This document shows positions 19,954 to 28,624 of a stretch of DNA of 64,000 nucleotides, in pieces. This stretch comes from Chloroflexota bacterium. Its GTDB lineage: Bacteria; Chloroflexota; UBA11872; UBA12225. The notes beneath the pieces are model-generated. The model was given only the letters and a program-made list of their open reading frames with translations. It had not been told where the DNA came from and did no database searches. Every line of letters starts with the position of its first letter. The stretch's first letter is position 1. A program made the position numbers and the translations under genes. The stretch covers positions 12,479 to 76,478 of the forward strand of contig DAOTTI010000012.1 in NCBI GenBank assembly GCA_034437795.1, in the 5' to 3' direction.

Positions 19954-20943
19954 TTAGCCTTCGGCGCAGACGGGCTCGGTGCCGCTCCAGCGATTGAACT
20001 TCCCTTCGGGCGGCTGGGCGGCCAGGCGGGAGCGGGTGGCGTGCCACAGGCTCTGCCAGACGCGCCAGTCGTGCACCTCGGCGGCAGGGTTGCGACGGCT
20101 GCGCACGACGAAGGAGGGGAACCACGGGCGGCCGGTAGGCTGGCCGATGGGTTGATAGCGCAGGTCGAAGCTCCACCGGACGTCGTTGCTCCGGTTGCGG
20201 AGCGACGCGTGCATCGTCCGGCGGTGCAGGAAGAGCACGCTGCCGCGGCGCATGGGCAGGGGCGTGGCGTCGGAGCCACGGAGCTCGTCGGGGATGTGCA
20301 GGCCGCGGCGGGCGCCGTTGGGCTTGGCCGGACAATGGGTGACCAGGCCCCGCTGGTGGCTGCGCGGGACGACGCACAGGCAGCCGTTTTCCACCGTGGC
20401 GTCGGAGACGGGGATCCAGACCGTGAGCATCTCGGTCTCATCCACCTCCGGCAGGGCCACGCCCTGGTCCTGGTGCCAGTCGGTCCAGCTCACCAGCCCG
20501 CCGAAGCCTTCCGGCAGCAGGTGCTCCGGTGGCTTGATGCGGACGTGCTGGATGGGGTTGGAGAGGATCTCCGGCCCGATGAACTGTTCGATCACGTCGA
20601 CCAGGCGGGGGCTGGTGAGCAGGGCGAAGGTGGCCGGGCCGAGGTGGATGGGGGTGTCCTCGGTAACGCCGGAGAACGGCAAGGAGATGTCGAAGGGCTG
20701 GTAACCTCGGGGGCCCATCTCAGTCAGGACGCGGGCCAGGCGCTGGGCGAAGGGCAGCTCGGCATAGGTGGAGGTGAGCTTGCCCTCGGCGTGCCACTTC
20801 GCCGCCAGGTCGTCCAGCAGCGCGGTATATTCGGCCACGACCGGCTCCAGGTCCTCACGGACGTCCAGCACGTCCTCGACGACGAGGTAGCCTTCCTCGT
20901 GGAAGCGTTCAAGGTCCACCTTGGGTGTGGTCGCCACTGCCAT
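19954..20943 (-). CDS. Phytanoyl-CoA dioxygenase (PhyH) family Fe(II)/2-oxoglutarate oxygenase
   Basis: FHEEGYLVVEDV, WHQD (HxD), VWIPV...ENGCL..VPRSH, GSVLFLH..TMHAS..N.S..VRWSFDLRY. Start at ATG 20943. Confidence 0.92.
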   Translation of the reverse strand: MAVATTPKVDLERFHEEGYLVVEDVLDVREDLEPVVAEYTALLDDLAAKWHAEGKLTSTYAELPFAQRLARVLTEMGPRGYQPFDISLPFSGVTEDTPIHLGPATFALLTSPRLVDVIEQFIGPEILSNPIQHVRIKPPEHLLPEGFGGLVSWTDWHQDQGVALPEVDETEMLTVWIPVSDATVENGCLCVVPRSHQRGLVTHCPAKPNGARRGLHIPDELRGSDATPLPMRRGSVLFLHRRTMHASLRNRSNDVRWSFDLRYQPIGQPTGRPWFPSFVVRSRRNPAAEVHDWRVWQSLWHATRSRLAAQPPEGKFNRWSGTEPVCAEG

Positions 20944-21209
20944 CAGTTTGCCTCCTGCTCTCTCTTCATCTTCCTCGGGCCTGCGCCAGGCTTCCAGAGC
21001 TAGTGCCGCGGCGGGCCTCGCGCTCCTGCGACGCCGCCCCCGCTCCGACATGGCAAGGGGAACGCCGACTAGCGGGAGAGGACGTCACCCCGGCGGCCAC
21101 GCGTTGCGGCGCCCGCGGCGGATGCCGGCCCCGACCTGGCACGTTCCAGACTTGCGGCGCATGCCCCACCTCGCTCGGCGGCCGGCGCACCAGCCGCGCT
21201 CCTGCTGGC

Positions 21210-21238
21210 ATGCTATGCCATGACCCGCGCCCTGTCAA
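21210..21238 (-). promoter_or_regulatory. Sigma-70-type promoter (TTGACA-N17-TAGCAT)
   Basis: Consensus -35 and near-consensus -10 with a 17-bp spacer, pointing at the PhyH gene about 270 bp downstream. Confidence 0.6.
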
Positions 21239-21467
21239 TAGGGGATTTTCGCCGGCCGGCCGCACGGGCCGGCCGCGTGTATCCTTCGGCGGAAGGATGG
21301 TCCAGGGGATCGGTAAGAGAGAGTAAGAGGAAAGCGGCCGGGGAAGCGGGAATAGCCACGGGCGCAAGCCGTCGGAGGCGGTGTAGGGCCAGACGAGGGG
21401 GTGAGGCGTACCATAGCGCAGTGAGGTACAAGGACGTCCACGAAAAGGAGAGACAAGGAGAGCGGCC

Positions 21468-21833
21468 ATGCCGATGCGCGTGATTACCGACCGGATCGGG
21501 ATCTCGGCGCTATACGTCGATGAGACGCTGCCAAGCGCCGAACAGCCTCTCTACTTCCACCACCGCAGCGTGCCGCCGGGGGGCCGCGCGCACGCGCCCC
21601 ACGTGCATGACGCGGACCAGGTGGAGGCCTTCTTCGTGATCGAGGGGGAGGCGGAGGTGCAGGTAGACGACGAGCGCTACCACCTCACGGCGGGGCAGGG
21701 GGCGGTGCTGAACCCGCGGCGCCTGCACGGCTTCCGGAACGCAGGGACGGCCCCGCTGCGCTACATCGTGATGACTGCTCCCGGCCCGCCGCCGGCGGGC
21801 GCTATCGGTCGGCGCGAGACGCCCGGCCGGTAG
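21468..21833 (+). CDS. Cupin domain protein
   Basis: PHVH...EAFFVIEGEAEV and PRRLHGFRNAG cupin motifs. RBS GGAG. Confidence 0.85.
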   Translation: MPMRVITDRIGISALYVDETLPSAEQPLYFHHRSVPPGGRAHAPHVHDADQVEAFFVIEGEAEVQVDDERYHLTAGQGAVLNPRRLHGFRNAGTAPLRYIVMTAPGPPPAGAIGRRETPGR

Positions 21834-22032
21834 CTTCTCAGACCTATTCGCGGATCCGGGCTCGCACCTGCTTCCCGTCCAGGTAGCGCGCCATGGATGA
21901 GCTCTCACCTGCCGATTGGTATCGGTCTATTGCTCCAGGCTTCATCCGCAAGGAAGCAGTTCCGAGCAGGTCCCCTGAGGACGCGCTCAGTGATGCATCT
22001 GGCGGCTCGGTGCCACTTGCTGCCAGATCGGT

Positions 22033-23295
22033 TCAGACGGCCCAGCCGTAGAGGCGCTGGGCGTTGGCGCGGAGCATGCCTTCACCCATCTGGATGGCCC
22101 TAGCCGCATCCACCACACCGTCACGGATCAGCCCTGCCAGGGCCAGCGAGAGGGCTTGCCGCGTGGCGCGGCAGAGGGCCAGGTGCTGCACCTCGGGGCC
22201 GACGGGGACGCCGGGATAGGCGGCCACGTCGGTGCCGAAGAGGACCTTTTCCGGCGCGTAGAGGAGGCAGGTGCGCAGCCGCGCGGCCAGGTCTGGCACC
22301 GGATAGAGGAACGGCATGGCGGAGACGTCCAGCCAGACGTGAGGCTTCAGGGCCAGGTAGGCGGCCTCTTCGACCGCCGGCAGGCCGCCGTGGATGAGCA
22401 CGAAGGTGGTGTCGAAATAGCGCGCGTCGGTCAGGACGGCTTCGAGGTTCTGGACGCAGGCTTCCTGGTAGCGCAGGAAGGGCGGCACGCCGAAGGAGGC
22501 ATGGATGTGGACGGCCAGCCCCAGGCGCCCCGCGGTAAGGAAGATGTGGCGCGCCAGAAAGTCCTGAAGGGCGAGATAGTCATCGCGCGGCAGGGGCGCT
22601 GCGAGCCCCGTGGCAAAGAGCTCCTGGGCCCGGCCCTGGGGCACGTCGTCGAAGCGGAGGGTACGCAGATAGGCGTCCCAGAGCTTGACTGCCACAGCGC
22701 CCTGCTCCTTCCAGCGGGCGAGCGTCGCGTCCGCGAAGGCGAGGTAGCCGTCGAGGTCGCGGGGCAGCTCGGCTAGGCCGGCCGCAGCGAGGAAGCGCCG
22801 GAGGTGCTGCTGGATACGGGGGATCTGCTGGGCGTGCGCCGGGCTGCGCGCCAGCAGCGCGGCGGCGGGCAGGGGATACAGGAGCGTGGTGGCGTGAGGC
22901 ACCCAGCGCAGCCGGCGCCCGTCGGTGCCTTCAGGGAAGTCCTGGTTAACGAGGGCGATCTCGGTGCACGTGAGGTCGAGGTGCCGCAGCCAGTACCCGT
23001 GCTCCCCCAGCCGGTCGATGAGGGCGGCGCGGACCTGCTCGGCTTGCCGCGCTGCGGGCTCGAGGTCGCCTTCGCGCACAGCGACGCCAAAGTAGTCGGC
23101 CAGGGCTTGGGCGTAGGCGGCGCTGCGCAGGCCAAGGGGCTGGTGACGGTCCAGCTCCGGCCGAAAGGCCCCCGGCCAGAGCAGGTGGGTGTGGTGATCA
23201 ATCGCGGCGACCGCGTCCAGGCGGGCGGCGACCTGCTGGAAGAGCGGGTCGTCCTGCCACCAGCGCCGCGGCGCCGGCTCTCGGTTCGTGGACAT
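22033..23295 (-). CDS. Amidohydrolase family protein
   Basis: IDHHTH, AVAVKLW, VHIHASFG, VLIHGG, WLDVS, KVLFGTD motifs. Confidence 0.88.
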   Translation of the reverse strand: MSTNREPAPRRWWQDDPLFQQVAARLDAVAAIDHHTHLLWPGAFRPELDRHQPLGLRSAAYAQALADYFGVAVREGDLEPAARQAEQVRAALIDRLGEHGYWLRHLDLTCTEIALVNQDFPEGTDGRRLRWVPHATTLLYPLPAAALLARSPAHAQQIPRIQQHLRRFLAAAGLAELPRDLDGYLAFADATLARWKEQGAVAVKLWDAYLRTLRFDDVPQGRAQELFATGLAAPLPRDDYLALQDFLARHIFLTAGRLGLAVHIHASFGVPPFLRYQEACVQNLEAVLTDARYFDTTFVLIHGGLPAVEEAAYLALKPHVWLDVSAMPFLYPVPDLAARLRTCLLYAPEKVLFGTDVAAYPGVPVGPEVQHLALCRATRQALSLALAGLIRDGVVDAARAIQMGEGMLRANAQRLYGWAV

Positions 23296-23569
23296 CTTCT
23301 TACCTGTTTTGACCTGACGAGGGACCGCTTGCCAGCTGCCAAGCAGGCTGAGCGCACATGCTCACACGCGCTTCGGCCTCAGCGCTGGCCTGCAGTGTAC
23401 GTTACTGCCTGGGTCCATGCAGGCGATGAAGCGCGTCACTCTGATTGAGTTCGTCTCCCTTACCGCGGTTGCGCTGGCGCAATAGGCAATAGCGGGTCTG
23501 CTACGCTCGGAGCGGTGAAGACAGGCGATGCATCCTGCTGCGACATTGACGGACACGGAGATCCAGCGC

Positions 23570-23647
23570 CAGGCTGGCGGTGATCAGGCTGGCGGTGATC
23601 AGGCTGGCGGTGATCAGGCTGGCGGTGATCAGGCTGGCGGTGATCAG
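23570..23647. repeat. Perfect 15-bp tandem repeat (CAGGCTGGCGGTGAT)x5
   Basis: Five exact units at 23570, 23585, 23600, 23615 and 23630. Abuts the TGA stop of the Gfo gene. Confidence 0.95.
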
Positions 23648-24711
23648 CACACGGACCCGCGGGCGCGGGCGACCATGGCGGCGACGTCGACGATGCGGTC
23701 GCCGGCGGAGGCGTCGATGGCACCGAAGAGCATGGCGTTGCTCTGGAGGTTGTCGTCGATGGTGGTGGCCGGCTCTGGGCCGCCATCCAGCCAATCGAGG
23801 AACTGGCCGATGACGGCAGGGTGGCCTTCCCGCTCCAGACGGACGGTGGGGACCTCCCAGATGCGCAGGCCCTGGCCGCGCTCATGCTCCAGGACGCGCA
23901 CGACATGGTCGCGATCCAGGACGACGGCCCCGCCTTCGCACTCCACGCGGTAGTACTCGCCGTGCCAGGAGTTCTGCCAGCCGGCGGCGAGGCCGCTGCC
24001 TTCGTATTGGGCGAAGACGCCGCCGGTGAGGCGCATGGTGTAGAGGGTGAGGCACTCTCCCTGGAAGCTGGGCGCGCCGGGGTTCCACTCCCAGCCGGCG
24101 ATGGCGAGGCAGTCCTGGCCGGAGAGATGGCGGATCTGGTCGAAGTGGTGGATGCTCCCTTCGATGAGGATGGCGTGGCGCATCTCGTGGCGGAAGGCGG
24201 CGCCCCAGGAAAGGGGCCGGCGGTAGTCGGCGGCGAAGCGGGCGACGACGTAGTGTATGCGCCCCAGGCGGCCGGAGGCGAGCACCTGCTTGAGGGTCTG
24301 GATGCGCGGGGTGTAGCGGTAGTTCTGCATCACCTGCATCTTGATGCCGGCGCGCTTGGCGGCGCGGTAGACGGCAACGGCGTCTTCCCAGGTGTCGGCG
24401 ATGGGCTTTTCGCTGAGGACGTGCAGGCCGCGGGCGGCGGCGAGTTCCACGGCGGGGCGGTGGAAGCGAGGCGGCACGGCGACGCCGCAGCAGTCTGCCT
24501 CAAGAGACTGCGCTGCATCGAAGGCGTCTTCCATGCGCGTGAAGCGCCGCTCAGGGGGCAGGCCCAGGAAGTCGCCGGCCTGCTGGAGGGCGTCGGGGTT
24601 GACGTCGACGATGGCGACGATCTGGGCGCGATCGCGGAAGGGGGCGAAGTGGTGGCGGATCCAGTTGCCGCCCATGCCGCCGGCGCCGACCATGATCCAG
24701 CGGTGAGGCAT
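23644..24711 (-). CDS. Gfo/Idh/MocA family oxidoreductase
   Basis: WIMVGAGGMG, VLSEKPIA, MQNYRY, EGSIHHFD motifs. Start at ATG 24711 after a GGAG RBS. Confidence 0.9.
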   Translation of the reverse strand: MPHRWIMVGAGGMGGNWIRHHFAPFRDRAQIVAIVDVNPDALQQAGDFLGLPPERRFTRMEDAFDAAQSLEADCCGVAVPPRFHRPAVELAAARGLHVLSEKPIADTWEDAVAVYRAAKRAGIKMQVMQNYRYTPRIQTLKQVLASGRLGRIHYVVARFAADYRRPLSWGAAFRHEMRHAILIEGSIHHFDQIRHLSGQDCLAIAGWEWNPGAPSFQGECLTLYTMRLTGGVFAQYEGSGLAAGWQNSWHGEYYRVECEGGAVVLDRDHVVRVLEHERGQGLRIWEVPTVRLEREGHPAVIGQFLDWLDGGPEPATTIDDNLQSNAMLFGAIDASAGDRIVDVAAMVARARGSVC

Positions 24712-24887
24712 GCCGTCTCCCTTTCTTCTCACTCGTGCTGCTCACGCACGTCGTCGCATCTGGTCCCCACGGCCGGACGCTTGGCTGGTGAGCTGGGGCG
24801 CCGGCGCGGGGGCGAGGGCGCTGTGAGTGTACCCCTCTCCGAACCCCCTTGGCCCCGCTCCGACACGGGGACGCGGCGACACGGGGA

Positions 24888-24972
24888 CTGGACTATGCGC
24901 AAGTGGAGCCCTCACCCTCGCCCTCTCCCGTGGGGAGAGGGGATCCATCGCTGGCCGTGACGCATCCAGGCT
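24888..24972. repeat. MITE-like family B copy
   Basis: GAGCCCTCACCCTCGCCCTCTCCC-GTG-GGGAGAGGGG...TCGCTGGCCGTGA-CGC-ATCCAGGCT. Lies just downstream of the DUF6884-like gene. Confidence 0.6.
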
Positions 24973-25040
24973 TGGCGTGCGGCTGGAGAGGTGGCGGACG
25001 GGGGGGATGTCGGACCGGATGGTCGCGGAGCGGCAAGGGA

Positions 25041-25505
25041 TCATGCGTCGGGAAGTGGGACGCCGGCAGTGATGGCCTGCTTGAGGGCCCGCATCGCTTT
25101 GCCGACGGGCAGGCCGGCGGTCGGGGCGGAGAGCGTGACGGGGTAACCGGCGAACGCCTGGCAGGTGAGGCGGCGGTAGGCGGCGCCGCCGAGGACGATG
25201 ACGCGGTCGAACCGGTCAAGATGAAGGGTCTTGATCTGGCGCTGGAGCGCAGGAAGGTCGATGGGGCGGGTGCGGGGCCACTTGAAGGTGACGTCATAGG
25301 GGCCAGGGATCATGAAGTCGGGTGGGATGAAGCCATACCTGGCGCTGAGGATGACCCAGGCATCGCCGAAGCGCTCGGCATAGCGGCGGTTCAGCTGAAA
25401 GGGGGCGCCGGTGTAGGCGTCGCGAGCCGGCGCGGGACCGTGCGCGGGGCGCCGATCCCAGATCTTGCACTGCCCGCAGGGGACGACAATCAAGGTTCGC
25501 GGCAT
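25041..25505 (-). CDS. DUF6884-like protein
   Basis: LIVVPCGQCKIW...PARDAYTGAPF...YAERFGDAWVILSARYGFI.PD..I..PYDVTF...VIVLGGAAY...GLPVGK. Matches my recollection of the DUF6884 consensus. True start is ATG 25505 within ORF 25041-25829. Confidence 0.7.
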   Translation of the reverse strand: MPRTLIVVPCGQCKIWDRRPAHGPAPARDAYTGAPFQLNRRYAERFGDAWVILSARYGFIPPDFMIPGPYDVTFKWPRTRPIDLPALQRQIKTLHLDRFDRVIVLGGAAYRRLTCQAFAGYPVTLSAPTAGLPVGKAMRALKQAITAGVPLPDA

Positions 25506-25575
25506 CGCTGTCGTGGCCTGGCGTTGGGGGGCGGGACTTCCGCCGAGCCGACGTTCAACCGCGCCGAGCTGACGT

Positions 25576-26670
25576 TCAACCGGCAGGCGCGGCCGTGCCC
25601 GCTGGACCTGCGGCCGGCAGGGCGTGGTGGACGCGCTGCGAAAAGCGTTGGGCGGCCACCTGGGAGATAAGGGGGCGGTAGATGGAGTTGTCCAGGTGGT
25701 GCTCGTACCAGCCAGCGTAGGTGCCGTTGGCGAGGTGCGACCCGATGCGATCGGCTTCCTGCAGCAGCGTCCAGAGGTTATGGGTGGCGCGGTTGGAGAA
25801 GCCGGCGAGGCCGGCAGCGCGCAATCCATCGAGGCCCCACCGGTGGCAGGCGGGACAGGGGCAGGAAGCGAGGGTCTTCACCTCATCGTGGCTGGGCGGG
25901 CGCCCCCGCCAGGAGCCGAGGTTGGCGATGACGCGATCTCCGCTGCCGGGGGACTGGACGATGCCGCGGGCGGCGCGGTTGCGCCAGCCGGACGAGTCGC
26001 AGGAGTCGAGCTCAAGCAGCGCGGCGAGGTGGAGGGTGGCGGTGCCGCCGATGCCGAAGACGTGGAGCTGGCGGCCGGACAGGCGCCGCCGCGCGCGGCG
26101 GACGCCGTCGAGCACCTCGGCGTAGGGGACGGCCTGTGGCGCGCGGAGGAGGTTAGGGACGATGCCGCCCAGGCCGACGGCTGGCTTCTGGCGCAGGCGC
26201 TCGTCTTCGTGGAGTTGGCTGAGATAGTCATCCAGGTGGCGACTGATGTGGATGACGGGGACGTAGCCGTCATGCCGGTAGGCGCGGTTGATGGCCATGG
26301 TGCGCTCAAGGCAGCGCCACTGCTCGGTCTCGCTCATGGCGGGCGTGGGAATGTAGTCCTGAGGAACGACGTACCAGTCGGGGCGGGCGTGGCGGACGAA
26401 GGTCTCGTACTCGTCACGGGGGACCTCGCCGCCCTTAGAGAGGAAGGCAAAGGCGCCGTTATCCAGGTAGACGGCGACGCGGCCCGCTGGCCGGATGCCC
26501 AGATAGGCGTGGAGACCCTGCTCCATGGCCAGGCGGCGCTTGCGAGGGTTGGTGTGGAACTCGAAGTAGGAGACCATGACCGCCCGGAGCTGGGGCAGGT
26601 AATAGGGAGACTCAGGGTCCCAGACGCGGGGCTGGAGGTTCTTGAGGCTGAGGCCGGCGACGACGAGCAC
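25576..26670 (-). CDS. tRNA-guanine transglycosylase-fold protein (divergent, DpdA/TGT-like)
   Basis: VYLDNGAF, PQDYIP, VGLGG, LHVFGIG, LDSCDSSGW and Zn-binding CPCPAC...H(NL) motifs appear in TGT order. Confidence 0.85.
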   Translation of the reverse strand: MLVVAGLSLKNLQPRVWDPESPYYLPQLRAVMVSYFEFHTNPRKRRLAMEQGLHAYLGIRPAGRVAVYLDNGAFAFLSKGGEVPRDEYETFVRHARPDWYVVPQDYIPTPAMSETEQWRCLERTMAINRAYRHDGYVPVIHISRHLDDYLSQLHEDERLRQKPAVGLGGIVPNLLRAPQAVPYAEVLDGVRRARRRLSGRQLHVFGIGGTATLHLAALLELDSCDSSGWRNRAARGIVQSPGSGDRVIANLGSWRGRPPSHDEVKTLASCPCPACHRWGLDGLRAAGLAGFSNRATHNLWTLLQEADRIGSHLANGTYAGWYEHHLDNSIYRPLISQVAAQRFSQRVHHALPAAGPAGTAAPAG

Positions 26671-26674
26671 GGGA

Positions 26675-28576
26675 TCATCTCATTGGCTGGGAGGAGTGGG
26701 GCGCAGCGGCCATCTGCTGGCGAGCTTTCTCGAGCCTCTCGAACGCATCCTCCTCTTCGCGCTCACCCTTGGATTCCGGCTCCTTGATGCGGACCAGCAC
26801 AGGGAAGTTGATGAACTGGCCGGAGAGGATGGCTTCCCCGACGTCGAGGTCGGGCAGCATCCTGGCTTCTTCCTCGCCGAGGGTCTCCACGACACGCCGG
26901 ACGAAGCTCTGGTCGGCTGGGTTGACCATGCGCATGATGACGTAGGAGTTGCACTGGGAGAGGGTGGTCTCATCCAGGCGCGAGGGACGCTGGCTGATGA
27001 GGATCAGCCCCACGTTGAACTTGCGGCCTTCCTGGGCGATCTGCCTGGTGACGGTGATGGCCCGCTGCTCGGCGGCCGTGGCGGCATGCGCTGGCGCGAA
27101 GTTGTGCGCCTCCTCCAGGATGAGTAAGACGGGCAGCTGGAGATCGCCGCTGACCTTAGCGTCAAGGAGCTGGTTGGCGATGATAGTGTAGATGGTGGCC
27201 TGGAAGTCCGAGGTGTAGCCGGCAAGCGCGACGACGCTGATGCCGCCGTAGCGTACAAGCTCCTTACGGTCGACGGGAAGTGGCTGAGCGTCGCGCGCGA
27301 CTGTCTTATTGGTTTCTTCCATGCGGCGAAGTACTGCGGCGGCCTGGTAGGCGCGCTTCTTGATGCCTTCAAGGGTACGCCTATCGGTGCTGGAGTAGGT
27401 GCCGAGAGCGGTCCAGCCCCAGTTGACGAGCTGCTGACGGTGGGGTTGGCTATTTTGCCGCAGGACGACTTCGCCGGCCTCGGCAATGTTGGCAATGAGC
27501 CACATGTCCCGCTTTACGCCGTAGGTCAGTAGTTCCGGCTTGCCGATAAGGTCTGCAAGCCAACTGGTACGTTGCTTCATCTCGGAGTGATCGGGCACGA
27601 CGAAGGCTTTCGCGGTACGGAACACATCGTCGAAACGGGTGCGCATCGTGTCGGTGAGTTCGTAGCCCAGGGTGTCGATGACCTTGGCGACGGTGTCGCT
27701 CTCCTCCTCGAAGACGGGGAATTGGGCGTAATAGCGGTGGACTTTGCCACTGAGAGCCGGCACATCCGCCAGGCCGGTGTAGTCCCCATGAGGATCGAAG
27801 ATGACGATGGGGTAGTGCTTGGCGGCGAGCTGCTCGACGATGCGGCGGGCGGTCCAGCTCTTGCCCGCGCCGGTCATGGCCAGGATGGCGAGGTGGCGGG
27901 TAACGATGGCGTGGCCGTCGACCATGACGGTCACGTCGGGGCGGTTGGAGAGTGTGGCGATGTCCAGCGCGCGGGCCGTTCGCTGCTGCAGCTCACCGAG
28001 CACGACCCGAGCGATGTCGTCGGGGTCTGGGCGGTAGGCGCTGGTGGCGGGCTGGGGAGGATAGCGGAGGGGAGCCAGCTTGGCACCGGCGCCATCGTCG
28101 AGGGGCTCGCAGCCGAGCACGCGGCAGACGGCGGTGACCATCTCGCGGCTGAGCGAGATCACCGTGTCGAAGGGATCGGTGCGAGTGGCGGCGAGCTCGT
28201 GGCCGGCCTCTACCGGAAAGAGCGGGTTCAGGCGCTCAATGCGCTGGACCTTGGCCCAGACGCGGATCCGCTCCTTGCCGCCGGTCGGTGGCGGAGGGGC
28301 GGCGGCGCGCGCGGCGGGAGACGACGCGGTGGATGCTGCCGAGGCGCCATCCGTCGCGGGCGCGCCCGGGCGCCAGAGCTCGGCGTCAATGGCGATGATG
28401 TCCTGCTCGCGGATGGCCTCCTGATGGATGGCCAGACGGAACTCGCGGCTGGTGCTCTCGCCGACGATCGTGCCGACGTAGCGGTCGTAGCGGCTGGCGC
28501 GTGGCGCGGCTGGAGGCGGGGCCGGCGCGCTGCGCTCGGCGATGCGGAGCAGAGCGGGATCAAGTCGACGCGCCAT
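26675..28576 (-). CDS. HerA-family ATPase/helicase (HAS barrel + DUF87)
   Basis: N-terminal HAS-like barrel, RHLAILAMTGAGKS Walker A, LILEEAHNFAP Walker B, QEGRKFNVGLILISQRPSRLDETTLSQCNS. Confidence 0.92.
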   Translation of the reverse strand: MARRLDPALLRIAERSAPAPPPAAPRASRYDRYVGTIVGESTSREFRLAIHQEAIREQDIIAIDAELWRPGAPATDGASAASTASSPAARAAAPPPPTGGKERIRVWAKVQRIERLNPLFPVEAGHELAATRTDPFDTVISLSREMVTAVCRVLGCEPLDDGAGAKLAPLRYPPQPATSAYRPDPDDIARVVLGELQQRTARALDIATLSNRPDVTVMVDGHAIVTRHLAILAMTGAGKSWTARRIVEQLAAKHYPIVIFDPHGDYTGLADVPALSGKVHRYYAQFPVFEEESDTVAKVIDTLGYELTDTMRTRFDDVFRTAKAFVVPDHSEMKQRTSWLADLIGKPELLTYGVKRDMWLIANIAEAGEVVLRQNSQPHRQQLVNWGWTALGTYSSTDRRTLEGIKKRAYQAAAVLRRMEETNKTVARDAQPLPVDRKELVRYGGISVVALAGYTSDFQATIYTIIANQLLDAKVSGDLQLPVLLILEEAHNFAPAHAATAAEQRAITVTRQIAQEGRKFNVGLILISQRPSRLDETTLSQCNSYVIMRMVNPADQSFVRRVVETLGEEEARMLPDLDVGEAILSGQFINFPVLVRIKEPESKGEREEEDAFERLEKARQQMAAAPHSSQPMR

Positions 28577-28624
28577 GGTGATCGTCCTTGCAAGGTACGG
28601 TGGCGACCCGCAGGCATGAGCGGG

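Noticed and set aside
25506-25829. N-terminal 108 codons of ORF 25041-25829
   Set aside because: Overlaps the TGT-like gene in another frame. Family similarity begins at MPRTLIVVPC (25505).
25576-26670. Labelling this gene as housekeeping tgt or as dpdA
   Set aside because: It lacks the canonical Tgt N-terminal motif, and dpdB/dpdC are absent. The fold is supported but orthology is not, so no gene symbol was given.
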